DNA of 64,000 nt from Coleofasciculus sp. B1-GNL1-01. Lineage in GTDB: Bacteria > Cyanobacteriota > Cyanobacteriia > Cyanobacteriales > Coleofasciculaceae. The position numbers were made by a program, and so were the translations under genes. The notes under the pieces were generated by a model. That model was not told the DNA's origin, did not search any database, and was given only the letters and a program-made list of their open reading frames with translations. Shown in pieces: positions 41,108-51,743 of this stretch. Numbering within the stretch: position 1 is the stretch's first letter; each line of letters opens with the position of its first letter. The stretch lies in NCBI GenBank assembly GCA_040220235.1, contig JAVJTO010000030.1. The stretch is one strand, 5' to 3'.

Positions 41108-42832
41108 TTACTGTTTTGCCAGTAATGGAGCGGCTTGTAATAGGGTTTGGGTATAAGGATGCTGGGGATTGGTAAACAAGGCTTCCGTGTCTGCCATTTC
41201 CACAATCTGACCTTGATTCATCACCGCGATCGCGTCACAGAAAAACCGCGCTACCCAGAGATCATGGGTAATAAATAAATAGGTTAACTCAAAGTCCTGT
41301 TTTAGCGATCGCATTAATTCCAGTACCTGTGTCTGTACACTTGCATCTAACATACTCACGGGTTCATCACAGATAATCAAACGGGGACGAGTAATCAACG
41401 CCCGCGCGATCGCGACTCGTTGCTGTTGTCCTCCGGATAAGTCTCTGGGATAGCGGTGGTAGTAGTCGTCTGGAGGCGTTAATCCCACCCGTTCCAGCAT
41501 TTCCATCACCTGATGTTTCGCTGCTGTTGCTGTGGCTAAGTGGTGGATAAATAAAGGATCGGCAATACTATCACCCACTGTCATTAAGGGATTTAGACAA
41601 GCCAAGGGATCTTGAAAAATCATTTGGATGTGTCGCCGCATATCCCGTAGGGATTTCCGGTTCAGTTGGGTTAAATTGATGCCTTGAAATTCGACAATAC
41701 CAGAGGTGGGCGGAATCAGTTGCAAAATGGTGCGCGATAGGGTACTTTTTCCACATCCTGATTCTCCCACTAATCCCAAAACTTGCCCCGGATACAGGTC
41801 AAAACTAACCTCATCCACCGCTTTAATCAGTTGAGGTTCGCGGGACAAGAATTGGGCAATAAAATTTTGTTCTAAGGTGAAATACTGCTTTAACTGTTGC
41901 ACTCGGAGAATGGGTGTCTGTTGATTGTTCTCCCCCTGTTTCTCCATCAGGGCGGGTTTAGTTAGGTTATCGGTTTTTTGGCTATCGTTATCGGTAAAAC
42001 CCGCCCCTACAACTCCGCCTCTGTGCGTTCCCTGTTCCCCATCATTCACCGTTTGCATCAGCAGCGCCGCTTGCAGGAGCGATCGCGTATACTCATGCTG
42101 AGGCTGGTACAAAATATCCCCAACTGCTCCCATTTCTACCAGTTCACCCCCATACATCACCGCCACGCGATCGCAGTATTCCCCCACCATGGCTAAGTCG
42201 TGGGAAATTAACAACAGCGCCATCTCCCGTTCTTGGCAAAGTCGCGTCAATTCCTGTAAGATTTGGGCGGAGACGGTGACATCTAGACTTGTGGTTGGCT
42301 CATCCGCGACAATCATCTTAGGATTGAGTAAAAGGGCGAGTGCGATCGCGACTCGTTGCCGCATTCCCCCACTAAATTCATGGGGATACTGAGACCAACG
42401 GTTCGCGGGAATCTTCACCGCTTCTAGGGTTTCAATTGCCTTTTGTTTACACTCAGAACGCGATAACTCAGGTTTATGCGCTTGTAAGGTTTCTAGACAA
42501 TGATCCCCAATCGTCATCAACGGATCAAGGCGTGTCATCGGATCTTGAAATACCAGCGCCACCACTTCACCGCGAAACTGGCGCAGTTGAGTTGGGTTTA
42601 ACTCAAAAATAGACTGTCCTTTAAATTTAATTTGTCCTTCAATTTTGGTTGCTGTTGGTAATAACCGCATCGCCGCGCGTCCCAGAGTGGATTTGCCACA
42701 CCCTGACTCTCCCACCAATCCCAATCGTTCTCCAGGATTCAGGGTAAATGAGACATCATTCACCGCCCAATAGTCAGGATTACTCGGATAAGCAATATGT
42801 AAATTTTCGATACAAAATAAAGTCATAAGCAT
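41108..42832 (-). CDS. peptide ABC transporter ATP-binding protein (two fused NBDs)
   Basis: Two GESGCGKS motifs, FSGGMRQR and LSGGQQQR, HPYTQTLL. Confidence 0.95.
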   Translation of the reverse strand: MLMTLFCIENLHIAYPSNPDYWAVNDVSFTLNPGERLGLVGESGCGKSTLGRAAMRLLPTATKIEGQIKFKGQSIFELNPTQLRQFRGEVVALVFQDPMTRLDPLMTIGDHCLETLQAHKPELSRSECKQKAIETLEAVKIPANRWSQYPHEFSGGMRQRVAIALALLLNPKMIVADEPTTSLDVTVSAQILQELTRLCQEREMALLLISHDLAMVGEYCDRVAVMYGGELVEMGAVGDILYQPQHEYTRSLLQAALLMQTVNDGEQGTHRGGVVGAGFTDNDSQKTDNLTKPALMEKQGENNQQTPILRVQQLKQYFTLEQNFIAQFLSREPQLIKAVDEVSFDLYPGQVLGLVGESGCGKSTLSRTILQLIPPTSGIVEFQGINLTQLNRKSLRDMRRHIQMIFQDPLACLNPLMTVGDSIADPLFIHHLATATAAKHQVMEMLERVGLTPPDDYYHRYPRDLSGGQQQRVAIARALITRPRLIICDEPVSMLDASVQTQVLELMRSLKQDFELTYLFITHDLWVARFFCDAIAVMNQGQIVEMADTEALFTNPQHPYTQTLLQAAPLLAKQ

Positions 42833-43009
42833 GTAGGGGCGGGTTTAGGCGTTTAATTTTGATACCTACCGATAATTGAACAACAAAACCCGCCCTCCCC
42901 ACCGATAATTGAACTTAAGTTGATACCAATGCAAATCTTGCGCCCCTTATAGGGGTGTACTATCAGCACTTGGGAAGCGCTATACTTTATTAATCGTTTG
43001 GTCAGCCAA

Positions 43010-43170
43010 TTCTTCACTGTGGAACTTTCACCATGGAACAATTGCTGTCGATAGTGGAAACAACGGCGGCTTCTGCCACAACGTTGCTGAGTAAAATTAC
43101 CACAACTGTAATTTATCATACCGGAGAAGCCGATCAATTTGACGATATTACCCTGCTGGCTGTGCGGTGA
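43010..43170 (+). pseudogene. C-terminal fragment of a SpoIIE/PP2C phosphatase
   Basis: Manual translation MEQLLSIVE...HTGEADQFDDITLLAVR-stop. Confidence 0.6.
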
Positions 43171-43359
43171 TTGCCCCTTTGATGTACTCCCTATCATTAA
43201 CCCTGACTAATACCAAATCCGATGACAGGAAGTCCCTTTTGCCATGACGATTGAAATCGCGGAACCACACAAACATAAGATTTACGCAAAGCCTTTATGT
43301 GTAGGGTGTGTTAGCGAAGCGTAACGCACCTTTGCCACTGAAATTGAGTTGGGGCGAAC

Positions 43360-44547
43360 TCACCCACAAAACGCTTCGACAAACCTGACAAAAACTTCAA
43401 CTCCGATTGCCAACGCCGTTTCATCAAAATCAAATTGGGGATGGTGGTGAGGGGCGTTCAATCCTTTCTTTGAATTAGCGGAACCAACGAAGAAAAAACA
43501 GCCAGGTATTTTCTGGAGAAAGTATGCCATATCTTCACTGGCTAACGTTTGGCAGTCTGAGGTAACATCCGTGGGTGTTTTGACCACAGACTCGGCAACG
43601 GAATGCAGTAAGTTAGTGATTGTCTCATCGTTGACTAAGGGAGGAGAAATTTGCTGATAATCCAGTTTGTAATCTGCCCCGTGAATCTGGCAAATACCCG
43701 CTATAATTTGCTCAATTCGTTGAGGAATAAATTGGGTCAAGGCTGGGTTAAAATAGCGTACTGTGCCGCTGAGTTTGGCAGTAGCCGCGACAACATTTTG
43801 TTTTGTCCCAGCGTGCAGTTCACCCACTGTAATTACGGCGGCGTCTAAGGGGTCGATATTGCGAGAAATAATCGTTTGTAAGGCTTGGATAATATGCGCC
43901 CCAACGACGACAGCATCTACGGTTTGATGGGGCATCCCACCATGTCCACCCTTGCCCAAAATTTGGCAGAAAAATGCTTCAGATGCTGCCATTAATGCAC
44001 CGTGGCGCACTCCTACTGTACCCAGAGGTAAATTATTCCAGAGGTGCAGCCCAATAATGGCGGCGACATTCTCCAGAACTCCAGCTTCAATCATGGCTTT
44101 GGCACCGCCTAATCCCTCTTCTGCGGGTTGGAATATCAGTTTGATTGTTCCAGCAAAATATTCTCGATGGTGAGCAAGATAATAGGCAGTTCCTAATAAA
44201 ATAGCTGTATGCCCATCATGACCGCAAGCGTGCATAATGCCGTGGTGTTGCGATTGATAAGGAACTGAGTTGTCTTCGAGAATAGGTAGGGCATCCATAT
44301 CAGCGCGAATGGCTAAATTTTGGGGATTGACACTGGGTTTTGTCCCTTCGATTTGGGCGATAATTCCGGTTTTGGCGATGCCTGTTTGATGGGTAATGCC
44401 CCATTCCGTTAATTTTTGGCTGATAAAGTTAGCGGTTTGGTGTTCTTGGAAAGCGAGTTCTGGATGTTGATGAATGTGCCGACGCCACTGGACTAAGTTC
44501 GGCTGTAATCTATGAATTTTATGTCGTCGGTGTAGTTGATTGTTCAT
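43360..44547 (-). CDS. M20D-family amidohydrolase (N-acyl-amino acid amidohydrolase-like)
   Basis: HQHPELAFQE, RADMDALP, MHACGHDGH, FQPAEEG, HHHPQFDFDE. Confidence 0.93.
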   Translation of the reverse strand: MNNQLHRRHKIHRLQPNLVQWRRHIHQHPELAFQEHQTANFISQKLTEWGITHQTGIAKTGIIAQIEGTKPSVNPQNLAIRADMDALPILEDNSVPYQSQHHGIMHACGHDGHTAILLGTAYYLAHHREYFAGTIKLIFQPAEEGLGGAKAMIEAGVLENVAAIIGLHLWNNLPLGTVGVRHGALMAASEAFFCQILGKGGHGGMPHQTVDAVVVGAHIIQALQTIISRNIDPLDAAVITVGELHAGTKQNVVAATAKLSGTVRYFNPALTQFIPQRIEQIIAGICQIHGADYKLDYQQISPPLVNDETITNLLHSVAESVVKTPTDVTSDCQTLASEDMAYFLQKIPGCFFFVGSANSKKGLNAPHHHPQFDFDETALAIGVEVFVRFVEAFCG

Positions 44548-44942
44548 TGGTTATTGGCAAAAAATTGTTATGGCATATTGAAGATCGAGGTAATATCATG
44601 TCCGGTCAAACACCCCTAATAAAAATTTATCCGTGTCTAGAACGTCTGGAGCGTCTGTCCTAATTATGGGTAATCGTTAGGACATAATATACATAATATA
44701 AAGGAATTGTAGGGGCGACCCGCTGCAATAATGAACAGGAGAAGTGCCTAACTTAATCGGGTCGCCCGATATTCAATGAAAATCAATTCCCCATTACTTT
44801 GAGGTGGGCAAAAATTAGAAAAATGAACAGGAGAATTGTCTAACTTGATCGGGACGCCCGATATTCAATGGCTAAAATGGTGGATTAGATGTGACCATTG
44901 AATCGGGCGCACGTCAGTGCGCCCCTACAATTGCGGGGTTTG

Positions 44943-46010
44943 TTAGCCGCTGATTTGAGTTAGTTTGGGAACGGTTTGTTGGGTTAATTGCTGTACTAAT
45001 AAGTTGAGAAACAAGCCCACATCAGTAACCACACCCAGAGACTCAACCGAACCGCGATCGCATAATTTGGTGACAACGGCGGGATTGATGTCTACACAGA
45101 CGATTTGCACGCCTGCGGGGGTCATGTTGCCGACGCCAATGGAATGTAGCATGGAGGATAGCATCAGAATCATGTCCGCACCATGCAACAAACGGGCGTA
45201 TTCCTGTTGGGCGACAACGGTATCGGTGATGGTGTCGGGTAGGGGTCCATCATCGCGAATGGAACCTGCTAAGGCAAAAGGTATCCCCTGTTTGACGCAT
45301 TCGTACATGACGCCATGATTGAGGATACCTTGATCGACAGCCCGTTCAATAGTGCCACATCGTCGGATACAATTAATGGCTTGCAGGTGGTGTCGATGTC
45401 CACCGCGAACGTTAATTCCTTGTTGCATATCTACCCCTAGGGATGTACCAAACAAGGCTTGTTCGATATCATGAACCGCGATCGCGTTTCCACCGAGTAA
45501 GGCTTGTACGTATCCTTGGCGAATCAACGTGGCTAAGGCGTCACCCCCGCCTGTATGAATAACCACTGGACCTGCGGTAATGACGACTTTCCAGCCGCTT
45601 TCCCGGTAGGTGAGTAAATCATTAGCAAGACGTTCTACAATTAAACGGACTTGGCGTTCACTGGAGACGCCGGAGGACATGAAACTAAATTCGCGATCAG
45701 GTGGGTTGGCTGTGGTTTTATCCGGGATGCGAATCCCCTCTTCTCCAACAACCACCAAATCGCCAACCTCCAAATCCCGCAACAGTTTGCACTCAGCGGA
45801 TAGGGTGGGGGTATAATTGAGTGCGATCGCGGCATCCATGCGCTGGTTTTTTACTCGTAACCATTCCCCGGCGATAAAGACATCTGTGGGGTAAATGGTT
45901 GTACCGTAAAAGTGGTCTGGGGCGACTCCGGCTTGGGTGACGGATGCGACATGGGCTTCTTCGGTATAGGAACAGAGGGACAATTGGGGACAATGAAGTA
46001 ATTGAGTCAT
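44943..46010 (-). CDS. TIGR00300 / ArgZ-AgrE C-terminal-domain protein (ornithine cyclodeaminase-like)
   Basis: NQRMDAAI, FSFMSSGVSSER, AGPVVIHTG, GNAIAVHDIE, LAGSIRDDGPLPD, MLHSIGVGNMTP. Confidence 0.88.
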   Translation of the reverse strand: MTQLLHCPQLSLCSYTEEAHVASVTQAGVAPDHFYGTTIYPTDVFIAGEWLRVKNQRMDAAIALNYTPTLSAECKLLRDLEVGDLVVVGEEGIRIPDKTTANPPDREFSFMSSGVSSERQVRLIVERLANDLLTYRESGWKVVITAGPVVIHTGGGDALATLIRQGYVQALLGGNAIAVHDIEQALFGTSLGVDMQQGINVRGGHRHHLQAINCIRRCGTIERAVDQGILNHGVMYECVKQGIPFALAGSIRDDGPLPDTITDTVVAQQEYARLLHGADMILMLSSMLHSIGVGNMTPAGVQIVCVDINPAVVTKLCDRGSVESLGVVTDVGLFLNLLVQQLTQQTVPKLTQISG

Positions 46011-46139
46011 GATTCTTCTGTGATGAGTGTGAGGATGGAATTAGTGATCTTTGTTGTTTATGTGTCGGGTGTGTTAGCGCAGCCTAACGCACCTTTGCCA
46101 CGATAGGTGGTGTAGCTAAACCCGCCCAGACTCAGGGTT

Positions 46140-47069
46140 CTAGACTTTCCGTGAACCATTAAAATTGGCGATGGGTTCAGTTAGGCGCAGGGTTAAACAT
46201 TTGGCGGTTCCCCCGGATTTGAGAAATTCTGAAAGCGGGGTTTCAATGACTTGGAAACCGATGGTGGTTAAGCGATGTTTGAGTTCGTTACTGGCTTGGT
46301 GCAAGATAATCAAATTGTCGATATTCACCGCATTACAGGCAAAATTCTCAGCATCGACGGCTGATATCGGAATCCGCCGCGTTTTGGGGATGCGCTGTTC
46401 AATCAGGCGGTTGGAATGGTTATCGAAGGCGCGGGGATTATAGAGGAGATAGCCACCCGTTAACGGACAAAAGCAGGTATCCAGGTGATAAAATTTCGGA
46501 TTAATCAGGCGTAGGGAGACAACCTCAATATCTAGCCAGGAGGCTAAGTAACCATGGGAATCGAGTGTAGACCGGAAGCCGTATCCCGCCCAGAGTAAGG
46601 CTTCTCCTCGGTCAAGCAGGGCGTCTCCTGCACCTTCAAAGGGTAGGTTGGGTGGGAGTTCATAGACAGTAAAGCCTTGCTGTTGGAAGTAAGCCTTAAA
46701 GAAGGGTTCTTCCCCCTGGCGTTGTGGATGACGGAAGCGACTGACAATGGCTTTATCTCCACGGATAACCCCGGCGTTGGCGGTAAAGACGAAATCCGGT
46801 AAACCGGGTTGGGGTGGGATGAGTTCTACGGTGGCGTATGAGTGGATACTGTGATACAGTTTTTGCCATTGTTGGAAGACGCGATCGCGTTGGGTTTGGT
46901 GCAGGTTGCCTTCCATCCAGGGATTGATAATGTAGTCCACGTCAAAGTAATCGGGACGACACATGAGAATGCAATTCGCATCTCTTTTTTGGAAGTGTTT
47001 ATCTACTGCAATGGTTTCAAGCTCAAGGCTTTTCAATATGATGGTCATAACAAGTTGTTGGTAAAACAT
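46140..47069 (-). CDS. guanidino-modifying (pentein) enzyme, ArgZ/AgrE arginine dihydrolase N-terminal-domain homologue
   Basis: YIINPWM, PDFVFTANAG, FEGAGD, YHLDTCFCPL, EFLKSGGTAKCLTL. Confidence 0.88.
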   Translation of the reverse strand: MFYQQLVMTIILKSLELETIAVDKHFQKRDANCILMCRPDYFDVDYIINPWMEGNLHQTQRDRVFQQWQKLYHSIHSYATVELIPPQPGLPDFVFTANAGVIRGDKAIVSRFRHPQRQGEEPFFKAYFQQQGFTVYELPPNLPFEGAGDALLDRGEALLWAGYGFRSTLDSHGYLASWLDIEVVSLRLINPKFYHLDTCFCPLTGGYLLYNPRAFDNHSNRLIEQRIPKTRRIPISAVDAENFACNAVNIDNLIILHQASNELKHRLTTIGFQVIETPLSEFLKSGGTAKCLTLRLTEPIANFNGSRKV

Positions 47070-47236
47070 TATGCTCCGAATCCCTAGAGCAATTTCATAT
47101 TTGCACTAACTTCGTTAAGGTAGTTATCTTGTGTGTAAAGATCTACTGTGTGTACAAAAATGCACATATAGAATGGTTACACCAGAACTTGTACACTAAT
47201 GTGTATACACCTAGCCGAGTAGTAGCCTTGGATATT

Positions 47237-50200
47237 ATGGAACAACAGAGGTTTGATGAAATATTTGATAACCTTACACCTTCACAGCGGAAGATACTGC
47301 GGTTGTTAGCACAAGGTCAGAAGGATAATGAAATTTCTGTATCTTTGAAAATTGAACCAGCAACTGTCAGAACACATGTTAAAAATATCTGTCGAGCCTT
47401 TGGCTTGAGAAATGAACCCGGTGAAAAGTACTCGTTGCGTCCTACATTGATTACTCTATGTGCCAAGTACAAACCTAATTGGGTGAGTAAGCACACTCTT
47501 ACCAACTTGAATAATGTGGGAGTATTAGAAACACCCAACGCAGAAAAAATAAGATGGCAAACCAGTGACTCTTTGGTAGATCATGAAGCAATTGCAAGCT
47601 CTTACCACGATTTAGGAGAAGCACCCGATGTATTAATTTTCTTTGGACGCACGGAAGAGTTCGTCACTCTAAAGCAATGGATTGTCAGTGAGCGCTGCCG
47701 ACTGGTGGCAATATTAGGTATGCGAGGGATTGGCAAAACTAGTTTTTCAGTAAAGCTAGTAAAACAGATTCAGGATGATTTTGAGTACATCATTTGGCGG
47801 TCACTTTTCAATGCTCCACCAATCACAGACATCTTGACTGATTTAATCAAGTTTCTGTCTAATCAACAGGAAACTGATTTTCCGAACAATATAGACTTCC
47901 AAATATCACGGTTACTACACTATTTGCGCTCGCACCGTTGTTTAATTGTTTTAGATAATGTTGAAGCAATTCTGCAGGGTGGCGACAGTGCTGGGCAATG
48001 CCAAAAGGGATATGAAGATTATGGTAAGCTATTTAGGCAAGTTGGTAAAATTTATCATAATAGCTGTTTATTATTGACAAGCCGAGAAAAGCCGAAAGAA
48101 ATTGCTTTACTAGAAGGTAAAACAAGACCTATTCGTTCATTACTATTAAAAGGGTTAAATGAACTAGAAGGACAAAAGATTTTTACAGAAATTGATTGTT
48201 TTGCAAGTTCCGATGATGAATGGAAAGAAATTATCAATTTTTATGATGGCAATCCTCTTATTCTAGAGATCGTAGCTAAACACATTTATGATGTATTTAG
48301 AGGAAATATTGCAGGCTTTATAAGCTTAGGAAAGCAAGTTTTTAGTGATATATATGAATTACTCGATTGGCATTTTGAACGGCTTTCATGCTTGGAAAAA
48401 CAGGTATTTTATTGGTTGGCAATTAATCGTGAACTTGTTTCAGTTTTCCAGCTCCAAGATGATCTTTTGTCATCAATAGCAAAAGAAAAAGTAACAGAAA
48501 CTATACAGTCTCTACAACGGCGATTACCTATTATAAGAAGTATCAAAGGTTTTGCGCTGCAACCTGTACTAGTTGAGTACACATATAGAAAATTAATCAA
48601 GCAGATTTCCCAAGAGATTGTAACTGGAGAAATTGAACTCTTGAACAGTCATGCTTTACTCAAAGCTACTGCAAAAGATAACGTGAGGGAAGCCCAAGTT
48701 CGTCTTATTATTAAACCCATTAAGGATAAGTTACTGAATATTTTTAAAAACCAAAGCTATGTTGAAGATGCTCTGATTCAGATTTCAGATAAATCACGCC
48801 AGAAAAATCCTTTGGAGCCTGGGTATATTGGAGGTAATATATTGAATATACTGTGTCAAATAAAGACAGATTTGAAAGGTTATAATTTTTCTTTTATGAC
48901 TATTTGGCAAGCATACTTACAGGGAGTAAATCTGCACGATGTAAATTTTGCTTATTCGGAGTTTGCACATTCTATTTTTACTCAAACCATAGGTAGTATT
49001 TTATCAGTAAAATTTAGTCCGGATGGAAAATTATTGGCTACAGGTGATGCTACTGGTGAAATTAGCCTGTGGCAAATTGCAGATGATCAGGGTTATAAAA
49101 TATCAACCTGCCAGGGACATACTAACTGGATTTGGTCAGTTGCTTTCTGTTTAGATGACAATATCCTAGCTAGTGGGAGTTCAGACCAAACTGTAAAGCT
49201 TTGGGATATCAAAAACGGTCAATGCCTGAAAACGTTTAAGGGACATAACAACCGCGTTCGATCTGTAGCCTTTAGTCCTAAAGATAAAATTATGGTCAGT
49301 GGTAGTGAAGATAAAACAGTAAAAATATGGGATGTTAATACTGGTCAATGCTTGAACACTTTGCAGCAACAAAGCCGGGTCTGGTCAGTCACTTTTAACC
49401 CTACTGGTCAAATCCTTGCCATTAGCTGTGAAGATCATACTGTGAAACTATGGGATGTTAAGACTGGTCAATATTTCAAAAGTTTAAAGGGACACAAAGA
49501 TTGGGTCAATACTGTTGTTTTCAGTCCAGATGGTAAAATTATTGCTACTAGCAGTCATGACCAAACCGTAAAGATTTGGGATGTCCAAAATGGTCAATGC
49601 CTCAACACATTTATAGGACACACTAATGAGGTAACTTCAGTTATATTCAGTCCTAATAGTCAAACTCTAGCTACTGGTGGAGCTGACAAAACTGTGAAAC
49701 TTTGGCAGATCCAAAATGGTCGATGCCTAAAAACATTGAACAAACACACTAGCTGCGTGCGCTCCGTAACCTTTAGTCCTGACGGTCAACGCCTTGCCAG
49801 TGGTGGTGAAGACAGAACAGTAAAAATCTGGGATGTTAATACTGGTCAATGCTTAAACACTTTGCAGGGGTACATCAACTGGAACTGGTCAGTTGTTTTT
49901 AGCCCAGATGGTAAGATTATGGTCAGTGGTAGCGAAGACTATCAACTAAGATTATGGGAGGTTAAAACTGGTCAATGCCTTAATACTCTACCAGGACACA
50001 CTAGTTGTGTTTGGTCAGTTGCTTGCAGTCCTGATAATCACATTATTGCTAGTGGTAGCGCTGACCGAACGGTTAAGCTCTGGGATATCCGAACTGGTCG
50101 ATGCATCAAAACTTTGGTTGGTCACGCTGGTTGGATATTTTCCGTTGCCTTCAGTGCAGATGGTCAAACTTTGGCTAGTGGCAGTGAAGATCAAACCGTA

Positions 50201-50866
50201 AAGCTATGGGATGTCCGAACCGGGCAATGTATCAAAACTTTGGTAGGTCACGTCGGATGGGTGCGACCAGTAGCTTTCAGTGCAGATGGTCAAACTTTGG
50301 CTAGTGGTAGCGAAGATCAAACCGTAAGGCTCTGGGATGTCCGAACTGGTCAATGTCTAAATATTCTACAAGAACACACTAGCAGAATACGATCAGTGAC
50401 CTTCAGTTCTGATAAGCATATCCTCGTTAGTGGCAGCGATGACTATACCTTGAAGGTGTGGGATCTGAGAACTGGTCAATGTCTGAATACTTTATCTGGA
50501 CACACAAATTGGGTACAATCTGTAGCATTCTGTCCTGATAATCAAATTTTGGCTAGCGGTAGTAACGATAACACAATAAAGTTATGGAGCATCCAGAGTG
50601 GTCGGTGTCTAAATACTTGGCTGGAACATGCTGATGCAGTACTCTCCGTCGCATTTAGTCCCACTGGTAAACTTCTAGGCAGTGGGAGCCAAGATGGAAC
50701 TATTAAAATTTTCGATATTAACAGAGGTGAGTGCATCAAAACTCTCCGATCCGAACGCCCCTATGAGAGAATGAATATCACTGGAATTAAAGGTTTAACT
50801 GAATCTCAGAAAGCTACCCTATTAAGTTTAGGAGCTATTAATGAGGAACTAGAACTCCCTATTTAA
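47237..50866 (+). CDS. LuxR-HTH / NB-ARC / WD40 STAND protein
   Basis: LTPSQRKIL...TVRTHVKNI HTH, Walker A GMRGIGKT, LIVLDNVE, GNPL, about 14 WD40 repeats; likely start MEQQRF. Confidence 0.92.
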   Translation: MEQQRFDEIFDNLTPSQRKILRLLAQGQKDNEISVSLKIEPATVRTHVKNICRAFGLRNEPGEKYSLRPTLITLCAKYKPNWVSKHTLTNLNNVGVLETPNAEKIRWQTSDSLVDHEAIASSYHDLGEAPDVLIFFGRTEEFVTLKQWIVSERCRLVAILGMRGIGKTSFSVKLVKQIQDDFEYIIWRSLFNAPPITDILTDLIKFLSNQQETDFPNNIDFQISRLLHYLRSHRCLIVLDNVEAILQGGDSAGQCQKGYEDYGKLFRQVGKIYHNSCLLLTSREKPKEIALLEGKTRPIRSLLLKGLNELEGQKIFTEIDCFASSDDEWKEIINFYDGNPLILEIVAKHIYDVFRGNIAGFISLGKQVFSDIYELLDWHFERLSCLEKQVFYWLAINRELVSVFQLQDDLLSSIAKEKVTETIQSLQRRLPIIRSIKGFALQPVLVEYTYRKLIKQISQEIVTGEIELLNSHALLKATAKDNVREAQVRLIIKPIKDKLLNIFKNQSYVEDALIQISDKSRQKNPLEPGYIGGNILNILCQIKTDLKGYNFSFMTIWQAYLQGVNLHDVNFAYSEFAHSIFTQTIGSILSVKFSPDGKLLATGDATGEISLWQIADDQGYKISTCQGHTNWIWSVAFCLDDNILASGSSDQTVKLWDIKNGQCLKTFKGHNNRVRSVAFSPKDKIMVSGSEDKTVKIWDVNTGQCLNTLQQQSRVWSVTFNPTGQILAISCEDHTVKLWDVKTGQYFKSLKGHKDWVNTVVFSPDGKIIATSSHDQTVKIWDVQNGQCLNTFIGHTNEVTSVIFSPNSQTLATGGADKTVKLWQIQNGRCLKTLNKHTSCVRSVTFSPDGQRLASGGEDRTVKIWDVNTGQCLNTLQGYINWNWSVVFSPDGKIMVSGSEDYQLRLWEVKTGQCLNTLPGHTSCVWSVACSPDNHIIASGSADRTVKLWDIRTGRCIKTLVGHAGWIFSVAFSADGQTLASGSEDQTVKLWDVRTGQCIKTLVGHVGWVRPVAFSADGQTLASGSEDQTVRLWDVRTGQCLNILQEHTSRIRSVTFSSDKHILVSGSDDYTLKVWDLRTGQCLNTLSGHTNWVQSVAFCPDNQILASGSNDNTIKLWSIQSGRCLNTWLEHADAVLSVAFSPTGKLLGSGSQDGTIKIFDINRGECIKTLRSERPYERMNITGIKGLTESQKATLLSLGAINEELELPI

Positions 50867-50896
50867 AAATATTTTATAAAATCAATTATTTTTTAT

Positions 50897-51670
50897 TTAA
50901 GGTAGGAATCCTAATCTTAAATAAGAAGAATAATTAGATTTACCATTAAACCAAATCCGGTTTATTTTTCTTTTTTCAGTTCTTTTGAAGCTAGTTCTAC
51001 CATGTAAAACTTTTGTGTTGTCAAGAATTAGTATTTGATTGCGCTTAAGTTTTAAAATAGTTTGATGTTGAGGATTAGAAATAAAATCTTTAATTAAATT
51101 AAATAACTTAACAGCTTGAGGTTTTACTAAAATTCGTGCAGCATGGTCTGACCGGAAAGCCATTTGTACTCGACCATTTTTATACTCAAAGACAGCTCTT
51201 GTAGCAGTTTTTTTATTTCTTGTTACCGTAAAAACATCAGGTTGAAATAACATTAAAATATCATTAGGAGCTATCTGATATAAATATTCATATATGAGTT
51301 TAGCATTAATCAACTGAGTTAAGCCACCGCGATTAGCTGCAATTTCGCACTGCATAGCTATTACTTTTGGTGGATTTGTTTCAAATGAACCATCAGTATG
51401 TAATGATAGTGTTTGATTAGTTGTATTGACATATTGAGGATTATTAAAAATTGGCATAATAGGTACTACACCGTCATTGCAAGAATGATCATGGTATACT
51501 ATTTTTCCAAAAAAATTAGACAAATACAATAAACTTTCCCTATTTTTATAAATATCTTGGCACTCAATTATTAAAAAACCTGAATCATTAATAGTTTTTA
51601 ACATAGACAAGCACTCTGTTTCTTGCATATGCATCACATTTTCCACTTTAATTGAAACAATATGTGGCAT
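50897..51670 (-). CDS. TauD/TfdA-family Fe(II)/2-oxoglutarate dioxygenase
   Basis: LHTDG (HxD), DNTKVLHGRTSF, R.I.RIW; AT-rich. Confidence 0.85.
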   Translation of the reverse strand: MPHIVSIKVENVMHMQETECLSMLKTINDSGFLIIECQDIYKNRESLLYLSNFFGKIVYHDHSCNDGVVPIMPIFNNPQYVNTTNQTLSLHTDGSFETNPPKVIAMQCEIAANRGGLTQLINAKLIYEYLYQIAPNDILMLFQPDVFTVTRNKKTATRAVFEYKNGRVQMAFRSDHAARILVKPQAVKLFNLIKDFISNPQHQTILKLKRNQILILDNTKVLHGRTSFKRTEKRKINRIWFNGKSNYSSYLRLGFLP

Positions 51671-51743
51671 AATAAATTATATTTCACTAACATTTCATAA
51701 AATTAATTTTGCTTAATAATTTAATTGGATAAAAATAAATAAT

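Noticed and set aside
42853..43197. 114-aa minus-strand ORF
   Set aside because: Antisense to a PP2C fragment and runs into REP repeats
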